Shown in pieces: positions 36,850 through 45,133 of a stretch of 64,000 bases of DNA. Source of the DNA: an uncultured Bdellovibrionales bacterium. GTDB taxonomy: Bacteria; Bdellovibrionota_C; UBA2361; SZUA-149; CAZDWZ01. The stretch covers positions 17,011 through 81,010 of the forward strand of contig CAZDWZ010000008.1 in the NCBI GenBank assembly GCA_964509425.1. The letters are read 5' to 3'. Position numbers and translations under genes: made by a program. Position 1 is the stretch's first letter. Each line of letters starts with the position of its first letter. The notes beneath the pieces were generated by a model. The model saw nothing but the letters and a program-made list of their open reading frames with translations, searched no databases and was not told the origin of the DNA.

Positions 36850-37713
36850 CTATTGAGATGATGAAAGCCGGACCGTTTCCTGTAACAGAACCCGCAAGTT
36901 TTCTCCAGGGTCCCCGGATGCCACGAGAGATTCTCCGATTAAGAACGCTCGAGCGCCGGCTCGGTTTAACCGGACGAGGTCTCCGGCGGTTTTGAGGCCC
37001 GATTCCGAAACTCGCAGGAACTTTGGCGCTGCGGACCCGAGTTCCCGCTGGTCGAGCTCCGCCAAAAGTCGCTCTGATACCGCGACATCAGTTCGAAATG
37101 TCATTAAATCACGGTTGTTGATGCCGAGCAGTGCGCGATTCTTCTCCTTCCCCGAGAACACGGCGGTCATCGTCTCGTGCGCAATTGCGAGCTCTTCGGA
37201 GTTGTGCACCTCAACGAGAACATCGAGGTCTGCCTCGAGCGTTTCTTCCATTAGAGCACGGAGTTCATCGGGAGAAAGTGCCGCGGCGATGAGGAGGACC
37301 GCGTCTGCTCCAGCCTCTCGAGCTTCCCAAATATGATACGCGGAAGTCGTGAAATCCTTTCGGAGAACAGGTGTTTTAGGGAAGGCATGCTTGATTTCTC
37401 GTAGATACTGCAAGCTCCCTTGAAAAAATTTCTCGTCGGTCAGCACCGAGAGACACGCTGCTCCGTTTTCTATGAACGCCCGGGCGGTCTCAACCGGTTT
37501 GAGATCGGCACGGATGATGCCCTTCGACGGTGAGGCTCGCTTGATCTCAGCGATGATGCCGAAGGTTTGTTTTTCAAGGGCGGTTACGAATCCTGCCGGA
37601 GGCGGCAAAATTCGAGCACGATCCTTGAGAGCTTGAAGTGAAACGCGGCTTGCGGATTCGACGAGCTCTTTTCGTTTTTGCAGCAGAATTTCCTCGAGAA
37701 TTGATGCGATCAT
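36850..37713 (-). CDS. trpC: Indole-3-glycerol-phosphate synthase
   Basis: IIAEIKRASPSKG, LSVLTDEKFFQGS, LRKDF and INNRDL motifs. Start placed at ATG 37713, overlapping the folB stop (ATGA); the ORF opens at 37857. Confidence 0.9.
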   Translation of the reverse strand: MIASILEEILLQKRKELVESASRVSLQALKDRARILPPPAGFVTALEKQTFGIIAEIKRASPSKGIIRADLKPVETARAFIENGAACLSVLTDEKFFQGSLQYLREIKHAFPKTPVLRKDFTTSAYHIWEAREAGADAVLLIAAALSPDELRALMEETLEADLDVLVEVHNSEELAIAHETMTAVFSGKEKNRALLGINNRDLMTFRTDVAVSERLLAELDQRELGSAAPKFLRVSESGLKTAGDLVRLNRAGARAFLIGESLVASGDPGENLRVLLQETVRLSSSQ

Positions 37714-38060
37714 CGCTCTTCTGTGACCTCGATACCAACGGCTTCCGCAGCGGGGACCGTGAATTTGCTGATTCTCAGCGTGATTTTTTTCGCCGCCGGA
37801 AATTTCTCGAAGGTGGTTTCTAAAACCGTATCCGCCAGCTGCTCGAGGAGAGACCATTGCTGATGCGCGGCAAGGCGTTTAATTTCTTCGCTGAGCTGCT
37901 TGTAACACACCGTGTCGAGAAGATTTCCGCTTCGAGCTGCGGCGCTATCTCGAATCACAACGCGAACATCAAAGCGGACCATCTGGGGGAATTCTTGCTC
38001 GCCGGGTACGCAGCCGATTCGAACGGGAACTTTGAGGTCGGAGATGAAAATTTCGGTCAT
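37710..38060 (-). CDS. folB: Dihydroneopterin aldolase
   Basis: 116 aa. MTEIFISDLKVPVRIGCVPGEQEFPQMVRFDVRV...VCYKQLSEEI, typical FolB pattern (from memory). Confidence 0.75.
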   Translation of the reverse strand: MTEIFISDLKVPVRIGCVPGEQEFPQMVRFDVRVVIRDSAAARSGNLLDTVCYKQLSEEIKRLAAHQQWSLLEQLADTVLETTFEKFPAAKKITLRISKFTVPAAEAVGIEVTEER

Positions 38061-38156
38061 GGCTTCTCTGTCTCGAAAAAACGAACAATTCCTATAGCCG
38101 TGTGCAAGGGAATCTTCAAGGCGACGGGATTCCGGCTAATGCCTCAGTATGAAATT

Positions 38157-38389
38157 TCTCCGGTGCTCTGGTGCTCTGTGGTTCGTTATCAATAAAAAAA
38201 TGAACCACAGAGCACCAGAGCACTGGAGAAAAGGCGAAAAAGGTCCCAAATTCAAACTGAGACACCGGCACCCACTCGATGTCTGCTCTGTGCCTCTGCG
38301 CCTCTGTGGTTCGATAGGCACCGCAAACCAGGTCGCAGCGACGCGGAGATTCGCTATCCTATTGAACCACAGAGACACAGAGGCACGGA
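38157..38389. repeat. Four copies of a ~27-nt GAACCACAGAG-type REP-like element arranged as two inverted pairs
   Basis: Pair 1: 38157-38183 and 38201-38227 are reverse complements with 1 mismatch in 27 and a 17-nt A-rich loop. Pair 2: 38285-38311 and 38363-38389 have 4 mismatches (23/27) and a ~51-nt spacer. All four share GAACCACAGAGnnnCAGAGnCACnGAG. Confidence 0.85.
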
Positions 38390-38423
38390 GAAATAACTGG
38401 ATTTTGCCCGTTGGGCTCAAGGG

Positions 38424-40007
38424 CTACTCCGAGAGGAGTGTGAGTTGCTGGAGGCGAAGGTCTCTCAGAGTCAGGAAAACTCTATCGATGAGGTGAAAGT
38501 CGAGAGAGAGCGAATTTAGCTGATGCACGCATTTTGATTCGGCGAGCTGCGGCTCGTTTTTGATGCCGCCGTCGGGAGAGACGAGAATTGCCTTGAAGCA
38601 AGGGATATCGGCCAGAAGCTGTTCGAAATCTAAGGCAGAGAGCCTGCAGAATTTCTTCCAGGTGAGGAGCAGCAGTTTCCCTTCAGAGAGCGCCGCGCGG
38701 CACTGAGTCAGAGTCCTCAAGCGAAGAAAATCATCGGAGACCGTGTACTGCAAATAATCAGGGAGTGCAGTGTCTTCGTCGCGAAGCTCCGCACCGAGCA
38801 CTTCGGCGGTTACTTCAGGAAGATGACCGCTTAATGCGTCCTCTCCGAGGAGCACCACGCATGCCGGTCGGTTCAAACCGAAGATGAGGCGCATGAGAAG
38901 GCCGAAAAGCTCGGAAGCTGTTTCCATGGGATTGCTGCTGGAGAACAGTCCGCCGGATAGCAAACTCTGCAGCCGGGTGGCGCAAACCGCGACTTTGAAG
39001 AACTGGAAAACACGCGCCGAATAGGCTGCTGGATGGTTCGTGAAGTAACTGTCCTCGAACCGCTCCGAGAGCTCACGGCCGGAAAGCTCGAGCTCTACCG
39101 ATAAGCTCGCAATATCGTAGAGGCAGTCGTCCGTGCGTACTCCCAGGTGTTGCGCTTGCCGGCCCAGAACAACCGGAACGTGTTTTCGCTCCCAATTATC
39201 GCGGAGAAAATAGATGTTTCGGGCGATCACGTTTCGGTGGCAGTCGAGGATGAGTCCGCCCTCATTCCGTTTCCGGAATTCGTCGCCGCTGTCGCGAAAG
39301 GTGCCAGACAAGAAATCGAGCGCCTCTTCCATGCCCCTCGTATAAATTCGATCGAGGAGCGGACGCGAAAACGTGAGGAGTTTTCGAAGCGGATCGAGAT
39401 GACGCCGCTCAGTGAGGGTAAGAAACTGATCCGTTGCTGATGATTGACCTTCGCGGTTTTTCGAATTGGGTGTCCGATGGAACTGAGAGAGCACGGCAGC
39501 GACTTTTGGCAGCAAGCTGTTGGTGATGCTCTCGTTTTTCTCGACGAGAGAGTCGAGTCTTTCGTGACGATCGAGCTTGCGGAGAACCAATGCCACGTCA
39601 TGCGTGTTTCTCGGCATCCGCGCCAACTCTCCGCGAACGCTTCTCGCCCGGCTCTCCCAGACGAGGTCTCCGTCTTCTTCTTGAAGGCACCGGAGGCCCA
39701 GATACACCGGTTCGGCCAAAGGCAGGTTGTCCGCAAGCTCCTCGACCGAACGTCGCCAGCGTTCTTTGGCAGGCTCGCCGTTCCGGTCTCCGGATTTTAG
39801 GAATTTATAGGCGATCCCGTTTCCGATGATGATCCAGGCTCGATTGGTTTCGAGAATTTGGTCTTTTTTGAAGCCATCAGGGTAAAACCAGGAAAATTCC
39901 AACCAATCCGCCAGGCCAAGGTGGCCGGAACTAAGGCGGACCGAGCGGGATTCTGGAGCAGTCGACTGCGGCATCATAAAAATGTAGCGGAACGGGCCAC
40001 TTCGCAC
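38424..40007 (-). CDS. Phosphotransferase-fold (APH-like) protein with a degenerate C-terminal NTPase-like half
   Basis: ILETNRAWIIIGNGIAYKFLKS...EELADNLPLAEPVYLGL resembles the N-terminus of bifunctional aminoglycoside-phosphotransferase/ATP-binding proteins (from memory). The C-terminal VVLLGEDALSGHL sits where a P-loop would be but lacks GK(S/T). GTG start. Confidence 0.6.
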   Translation of the reverse strand: MRSGPFRYIFMMPQSTAPESRSVRLSSGHLGLADWLEFSWFYPDGFKKDQILETNRAWIIIGNGIAYKFLKSGDRNGEPAKERWRRSVEELADNLPLAEPVYLGLRCLQEEDGDLVWESRARSVRGELARMPRNTHDVALVLRKLDRHERLDSLVEKNESITNSLLPKVAAVLSQFHRTPNSKNREGQSSATDQFLTLTERRHLDPLRKLLTFSRPLLDRIYTRGMEEALDFLSGTFRDSGDEFRKRNEGGLILDCHRNVIARNIYFLRDNWERKHVPVVLGRQAQHLGVRTDDCLYDIASLSVELELSGRELSERFEDSYFTNHPAAYSARVFQFFKVAVCATRLQSLLSGGLFSSSNPMETASELFGLLMRLIFGLNRPACVVLLGEDALSGHLPEVTAEVLGAELRDEDTALPDYLQYTVSDDFLRLRTLTQCRAALSEGKLLLLTWKKFCRLSALDFEQLLADIPCFKAILVSPDGGIKNEPQLAESKCVHQLNSLSLDFHLIDRVFLTLRDLRLQQLTLLSE

Positions 40008-40191
40008 ATCTGAAATCTGTTGGACCTCGGCCTTTCGGAGTGGTTGGCCGATATGAGTTTCTAATTTTGAGTAACTGAGCGTATACTGCGCGTTCGTTTC
40101 GCGGCCCTAAATCTGAGTTAGGACGAGGCGCCGAGTGGAAAAATAGACGGCTGATCTCTGATCGGCGGGCATTTCGAACCGCTCTGCAAGA

Positions 40192-43100
40192 ATGTTTCAC
40201 CTCGTTTTAGAGCCGCTTAAAGTCAGGGAAATGATTAAACTTCACGGCAGTTGGCAATTTTCTGGAAAATTCTTCTTTTGGGTAGAGAAGGAGCAGGGAG
40301 TACCCGAGGAAGCATCGACCCTCGAGCGAATTCTCGAACCTCTGGAACTGCCCCTCGATCCGCCTGTCCAGGTAAGTATCTTTTCTCCCTTAAGGCCGGA
40401 TGAGCCGCTCACCGCTGAGTTGGGTCTGGTCAATGGGAAGTCCATCGAGGTCACCGGGTATGCCGTCCCCCTCGATATCGCCCTATCAATTTTTACGACT
40501 GCTCGTATCCATTTCCCGGAGGGTTTCGAGTTCGGCGCCTCGTATCTATTTTGGCGTGAAGCATCGTGCCTCGTTCTGGAATTTCTCTGCCGTGGGTGTT
40601 TTCTTCCCGGTGTATCTCGTTACGATGGCTTGCTCGCTTCTTCCTGGTTTCCTGTTTTTCCGGACGAGAGCGCACGCGAGCGATTTCAAGTGCTCTCGGA
40701 TTCGATGCCGCTTGCCGCTTGTGTGGCGACTGATGGCAAGCCGTTTCGTCCGGACTCTACCGAGCAGGCGTTAAGAAGCTTTATTGAACGCTCGACTGAT
40801 ACGCTGGTGCGGCTCTTTCTCCCGCAAGCGCGTCCCATCGTCGACGGAGCAGGGCTGCCGTCGTTGCAGAGGCACGCTCTGGAGCGATGGTTTGAAGCAT
40901 TGTGGCAGAAGAGCTCGGGCCGTTTTTCCTATCTCGAACCCGGCCTTCAAGGGTTGGTCGAACGACTCTCGCGCTGGCAAGAATCGGTCCAGCCAAGCTC
41001 ACTTGCTCGTCAAGGAAGAGTTGTGTTTCGACTCGAAGCCCTCCCAGCAACGAGCACGGCGGATCCGTTCCCATTTTGTTTGACTTTCGGGATGTTGGAA
41101 GGGGAAAAATTCTTCAGGCCCTGGGAACAGGCTTTGCGAGGTGCTCAAGGCGGATCGGACTCGGATGACGAGAGCTATTTTCTCCGTGTGCTTTCCCGGC
41201 AAGCTGATGCCTTTCCTCCACTTCGCCGCGGACTTCAGGAGGCGTTCCCTTCGCGAGTCTTGCTGAGTATCGGAGAGGCGTATGAGTTCCTAAAACATTC
41301 CGCCTCGCGCATCGAATCCGAAGGACACCGGGTTGATCTCCCAAATTGGTGGGCAGAGCGGAGTAAAGCAGTCGGGCTCCGACTCGATATTAATCCTCAA
41401 GAGAGCATGACGCAGGATGACGGTTCGTCGATGCCGCCGCGCGCATCGCACCTTGCTGCGCATCAACTCCTTCGCTTCTCCTGGCAGATCGCCGTTGGTG
41501 ACACCGTTCTTACTCTCGAAGAATTCCAGAGCCTTTCGCAGTCTGCCGTTCCTTTCATGAACGTCGGAGGGAAGTGGGTTGAGCTCGAACAGAGTCGCGT
41601 GGAGCAGACTCTCAAGTTCGTAGAATCTCTCAACGCGCGGAAACAGATGTCCCTCTTCGAGCTTCTGAAGGTGGGCTTTGAGGATGATGTAACGGAGCGT
41701 TTCCCCATTCTGGATATCCGCTCGAGCGGATGGGTTCAGCATTTGTTCGAACGGGAGAGTCATCCGATTCCTCAGCGGGAGATTTCTTCGCTGTTTAAAG
41801 GATCTCTTCGCTCCTATCAGGCGGAAGGTGTGAGTTGGTTATCCTTCCTCACCGACCTTGGGCTCGGCGGATGCCTCGCAGACGATATGGGGCTTGGGAA
41901 AACCATCCAGCTTCTCGCTCTCATCGCTTCGATCAGGGAGACCGGTGTCCATCGGCCGATGCTGCTGGTTGTTCCGGTGTCTATCCTCTCGAACTGGACG
42001 CAGGAAATCTCACGCTTCACTCCTCATCTTAAATGGCATGTGCACCACGGATCGGAACGGCTTCATCAAACAGCCTTCGAAGAAAAAGCCTCGAACGTGG
42101 ATATGGTGCTCACCACCTACAATCTCGTCTATCGCGATGAACTCTCGATGAGCCGCATTTCGTGGAGCATGATTGTTCTCGATGAGGCTCAAAACATAAA
42201 AAACCCCGACACGAAGCAGGCGCAAGCCATTCGCCGCATGGTGCGAAGGAGCATCGAAGAAAGTGCGCTTACCGGCGGAATGCCGTGTCAGAGATTTGCG
42301 CTCACGGGAACTCCGCTTGAGAACCGACTCGAAGAGTTGTGGTCCATTCTCGAATTTCTCAATCCCGGCATCCTCGGCACGCTGCCGGAGTTTCGAAAAT
42401 CATTTCTCGTGCCCGTAGAGCGGGGAGAGAGCAAGGAAACCCTGGAGCGGTTGTCGCGAATCGTGAAGCCGTTTGTTTTGCGACGGTTAAAATCCGATCC
42501 GAAAATTCTCCCGGACCTTCCGGCGAAGATCGAGATCGACGTCAGTGTGCCGCTGACTCGAGAGCAGGCGATGCTCTACCAAACCGTGCTGGAAGAGATG
42601 ATGCCGGAGCTCGAGCATGCTTCAGGGATGCGGCGGCGCGGATTGGTGCTCGCAACGATCACGCGTCTCAAGCAAATTTGCGATCATCCCGCGCTCTTCC
42701 TCAGAGACTCGAATTCACTCGCTGGCCGCTCTCAGAAGCTGGAGCGATTGGAGCAGCTTCTCGAAGAAATATTTGCAGAGGGAGACAAGGTGCTTCTCTT
42801 TACGCAGTTTGCGGAGATGGGGAAGCTGTTGAAGCCGTATCTTGAAGAGCGCTTCTCTCGCGAGGTGCTTTTCCTCCACGGGGCCGTGCCGAAAAAAGAC
42901 CGCGACGAGCTGGTGAAACGATTCCAAACTCGCGAAGGTCCGCCTCTCTTTTTGCTCTCACTGAAGGCCGGAGGTTTCGGGCTTAACCTGACCGAGGCCA
43001 ACCACGTGATTCACTACGATCAGTGGTGGAACCCGGCCGTCGAAGACCAAGCTTCGGATCGGGCGCACCGAATCGGTCAGACGAGAAAAGTTCAGATCCG

Positions 43101-43314
43101 AAGACTCATCTGCCAAGGCACGCTCGAAGAGAAAATCGCAGAGCTGCACATCAAGAAGAAGCAGCTCGCACAGGAAGTGCTGCAAGTTCAGGATGACGCG
43201 CTTACCGAACTTTCATTTACCGAGCTGAGACAGCTTTTTGAGCTCAAGCCGGAAGAGACGACGGGCGGTTTTGACGAAAACGAAGAGAATGAAGTCGAGC
43301 AATTTATCGTATGA
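40192..43314 (+). CDS. SNF2-family DNA-dependent ATPase/helicase
   Basis: LRSYQAEGVSWL, CLADDMGLGKT (motif I), VLDEAQNIKN (motif II), LTGTPLENRL, LLFTQF, LKAGGFGLNLT and DQWWNPAVEDQASDRAHRIGQ (motif VI). The N-terminal domain (KLHGSWQ...FFFWVE) is typical of bacterial SNF2-associated proteins. Confidence 0.93.
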   Translation: MFHLVLEPLKVREMIKLHGSWQFSGKFFFWVEKEQGVPEEASTLERILEPLELPLDPPVQVSIFSPLRPDEPLTAELGLVNGKSIEVTGYAVPLDIALSIFTTARIHFPEGFEFGASYLFWREASCLVLEFLCRGCFLPGVSRYDGLLASSWFPVFPDESARERFQVLSDSMPLAACVATDGKPFRPDSTEQALRSFIERSTDTLVRLFLPQARPIVDGAGLPSLQRHALERWFEALWQKSSGRFSYLEPGLQGLVERLSRWQESVQPSSLARQGRVVFRLEALPATSTADPFPFCLTFGMLEGEKFFRPWEQALRGAQGGSDSDDESYFLRVLSRQADAFPPLRRGLQEAFPSRVLLSIGEAYEFLKHSASRIESEGHRVDLPNWWAERSKAVGLRLDINPQESMTQDDGSSMPPRASHLAAHQLLRFSWQIAVGDTVLTLEEFQSLSQSAVPFMNVGGKWVELEQSRVEQTLKFVESLNARKQMSLFELLKVGFEDDVTERFPILDIRSSGWVQHLFERESHPIPQREISSLFKGSLRSYQAEGVSWLSFLTDLGLGGCLADDMGLGKTIQLLALIASIRETGVHRPMLLVVPVSILSNWTQEISRFTPHLKWHVHHGSERLHQTAFEEKASNVDMVLTTYNLVYRDELSMSRISWSMIVLDEAQNIKNPDTKQAQAIRRMVRRSIEESALTGGMPCQRFALTGTPLENRLEELWSILEFLNPGILGTLPEFRKSFLVPVERGESKETLERLSRIVKPFVLRRLKSDPKILPDLPAKIEIDVSVPLTREQAMLYQTVLEEMMPELEHASGMRRRGLVLATITRLKQICDHPALFLRDSNSLAGRSQKLERLEQLLEEIFAEGDKVLLFTQFAEMGKLLKPYLEERFSREVLFLHGAVPKKDRDELVKRFQTREGPPLFLLSLKAGGFGLNLTEANHVIHYDQWWNPAVEDQASDRAHRIGQTRKVQIRRLICQGTLEEKIAELHIKKKQLAQEVLQVQDDALTELSFTELRQLFELKPEETTGGFDENEENEVEQFIV

Positions 43315-44117
43315 ACGGACTTCCCTCAGTGCTTTCCCGGTTCCTCGAGCTCTTCAACGAAGAGTTTGCCGATACTCGCGCAGAAGCTGAGGCCATACTC
43401 GCTCGCCGTGCGATCTACGATGTGCAAATTGCGCCTGGAAGAATTTTTGCTCGTGTCGAGGGAGCGACGGGCGCCTTCATTTCCGTTGAGTGCACCTTCC
43501 CGGTGCTCCCCGAGAAGAAGATTGCCGGCATCGCCGAGCGGATAGCAAACTCCGCGCTGCTGTTCGCGCACGTGCTTGAGGGATTGTGGTCTCCAGGAAT
43601 TGAGGAATTGTTCGGAGATACGGGGGCATGGATTCTGCCGCCGACGAGAAAAGAAGTCACTTTCCTCTCGGCCGGAAAACCGAAGAAAACCCTCGACGCT
43701 TCGCTTGCTGCACTTCTGCTCGCCGCGACGGAGCGATTTTCAAACGATGCTCTGCAAGTATTTCTGCTCGCAGGGCACGGACGGGAAGAAATCATCGCCC
43801 GAGTGCGGCATCTCAGGAAGTTACTTTGTGAGGCGACACTCGACCTTCGGCAATTCGAGAATTTAGACTTGGGTCCTGTGACGCTGTTTGACGCCGAGAA
43901 GTTTTACACTCTGCCCGACATTGCCCTCGCGTTGCAGTTTCAGTTGAGGGCCGACGAGCTTCCGGCTGCAATTCTTCGAAGAGTCGACGCTCCACCGCTT
44001 TGGGGAGTGGAGGCCAGCTTCGAACACGACCTTCAAGAGGTGTATAATCGAATTGCTTCGCGAGCGCAGGCGTATGCGATTCAGCTGGCGAAGGAGCGGG
44101 TTTCACCGCTTCCGTAG
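43311..44117 (+). CDS. SWIM-family-like SNF2 partner protein that lacks a recognisable zinc finger
   Basis: ATGA overlap with the SNF2 gene. RAIYDVQIAPGRIFARVEGATGAFISVECTFPVLPEKK...LLFAHVLEGLWSPGIEELF resembles the N-terminal region of SWIM proteins paired with bacterial SNF2 helicases (from memory). No CxC...CxH motif is present. Confidence 0.6.
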   Translation: MNGLPSVLSRFLELFNEEFADTRAEAEAILARRAIYDVQIAPGRIFARVEGATGAFISVECTFPVLPEKKIAGIAERIANSALLFAHVLEGLWSPGIEELFGDTGAWILPPTRKEVTFLSAGKPKKTLDASLAALLLAATERFSNDALQVFLLAGHGREEIIARVRHLRKLLCEATLDLRQFENLDLGPVTLFDAEKFYTLPDIALALQFQLRADELPAAILRRVDAPPLWGVEASFEHDLQEVYNRIASRAQAYAIQLAKERVSPLP

Positions 44118-44972
44118 GCGGGACACGAACTGCTTCCATTTTTTCTCATCATCGAAGCGAAGCGTCACCTGCCGGGCACCGCTCGTCGATGATTTTACGG
44201 ATACATGTTCCATCCCCAAAATCTCTTGAAGCTTTGAAGTCTCTTTCATTTGGGGGCGGAGGAGTGAGTTTAATTTTCGCTTTTTTCCGGCCTTTTCATT
44301 CAGGCGCGTAATCAGCTCTTCAAGCTTTCTTACTGACATCGAACTTCGGGCAGCCCGCCGGGCCAGGCGTCGCTGAAGCTGCGAGTTTTCGAGGGAAAGC
44401 AGCAGGCGTCCATGTCCCGCTGAAAGCTGCCCCGCAGCGAGAAAATCCTGCACCTCAGCATCGAGCTGGAGGAGTCGGAGCGAATTGGAAATAACGGCGC
44501 GATGTTTTCCGATAGCTTGGGCGATGTCGGATTGTGAGAGTGAGAATCGTTTTGAGAGAATTGCGAAAGCTTTCGCTTCTTCGATGGGGTTCAGATTCTC
44601 TCGCTGAGCATTCTCGATAATTGAGATCTCAACCGCGTCCTGATCCGAGAGTCTGCTCACGATGGCGGGGATTGTTTCGAGCTCGGCAAGCTGTGCTGCC
44701 CGAAGTCGTCGCTCTCCGGCGACGAGCTCATATCCGCCGGTCTCCGTTTCCCGGAGAAGAATCGGCTGGAGGATTCCGTGATTTTTCACGGACGCGACCA
44801 TCTCTGAAAGATCATTCCCTTCGTCGAACTGTCGCGTTTGATAGGGGCTTGAAGAAATGCCGGCGATCGCCACTTGGACGACAAGAGAATCTTGGACATT
44901 CTCAGCTCGATTGACCGGCTGAAGGAAGACGACTCTTCCTTCCGTTGTGGTTGTCTCTTTCACCGCTTCCAT
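44103..44972 (-). CDS. parB: ParB/Spo0J-family partition / nucleoid-binding protein
   Basis: ParB box GILQPILLRE..GGYELVAGERRLRAA and HTH SQSDIAQAIGKHRAVISNSLRLL. No parA is adjacent. Confidence 0.85.
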   Translation of the reverse strand: MEAVKETTTTEGRVVFLQPVNRAENVQDSLVVQVAIAGISSSPYQTRQFDEGNDLSEMVASVKNHGILQPILLRETETGGYELVAGERRLRAAQLAELETIPAIVSRLSDQDAVEISIIENAQRENLNPIEEAKAFAILSKRFSLSQSDIAQAIGKHRAVISNSLRLLQLDAEVQDFLAAGQLSAGHGRLLLSLENSQLQRRLARRAARSSMSVRKLEELITRLNEKAGKKRKLNSLLRPQMKETSKLQEILGMEHVSVKSSTSGARQVTLRFDDEKKWKQFVSRLRKR

Positions 44973-45133
44973 AAAAGTCCCTCCAAACTCTTCCGTTCAT
45001 ATCCCCCATTTGCAGCTGAGAAAAGAGGGGGAGTGAGGATTTTGACCTTCATAAAGCCTTTCGTGTTCCGCAGCAGCAAAATAGATTGGCCTTTGCCGCA
45101 CGGCCTTCGGCGGTGAATTGAGGGAGAAAAGGT

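Noticed and set aside
38157-38389. Possible CRISPR array
   Set aside because: There are only four copies. They alternate in orientation to form inverted pairs, the spacers are unequal (17, 57 and 51 nt), and there are no cas genes. It is REP/BIME-like rather than CRISPR.
38136-38496. 94-aa (-) and 115-aa (+) ORFs across the folB-downstream gap
   Set aside because: They are translations of the GAACCACAGAG repeat hairpins (SVSLWFN, NHRAPEH, NHRDTEARR). Both strands are open because of the palindromic structure, so they are not genes.
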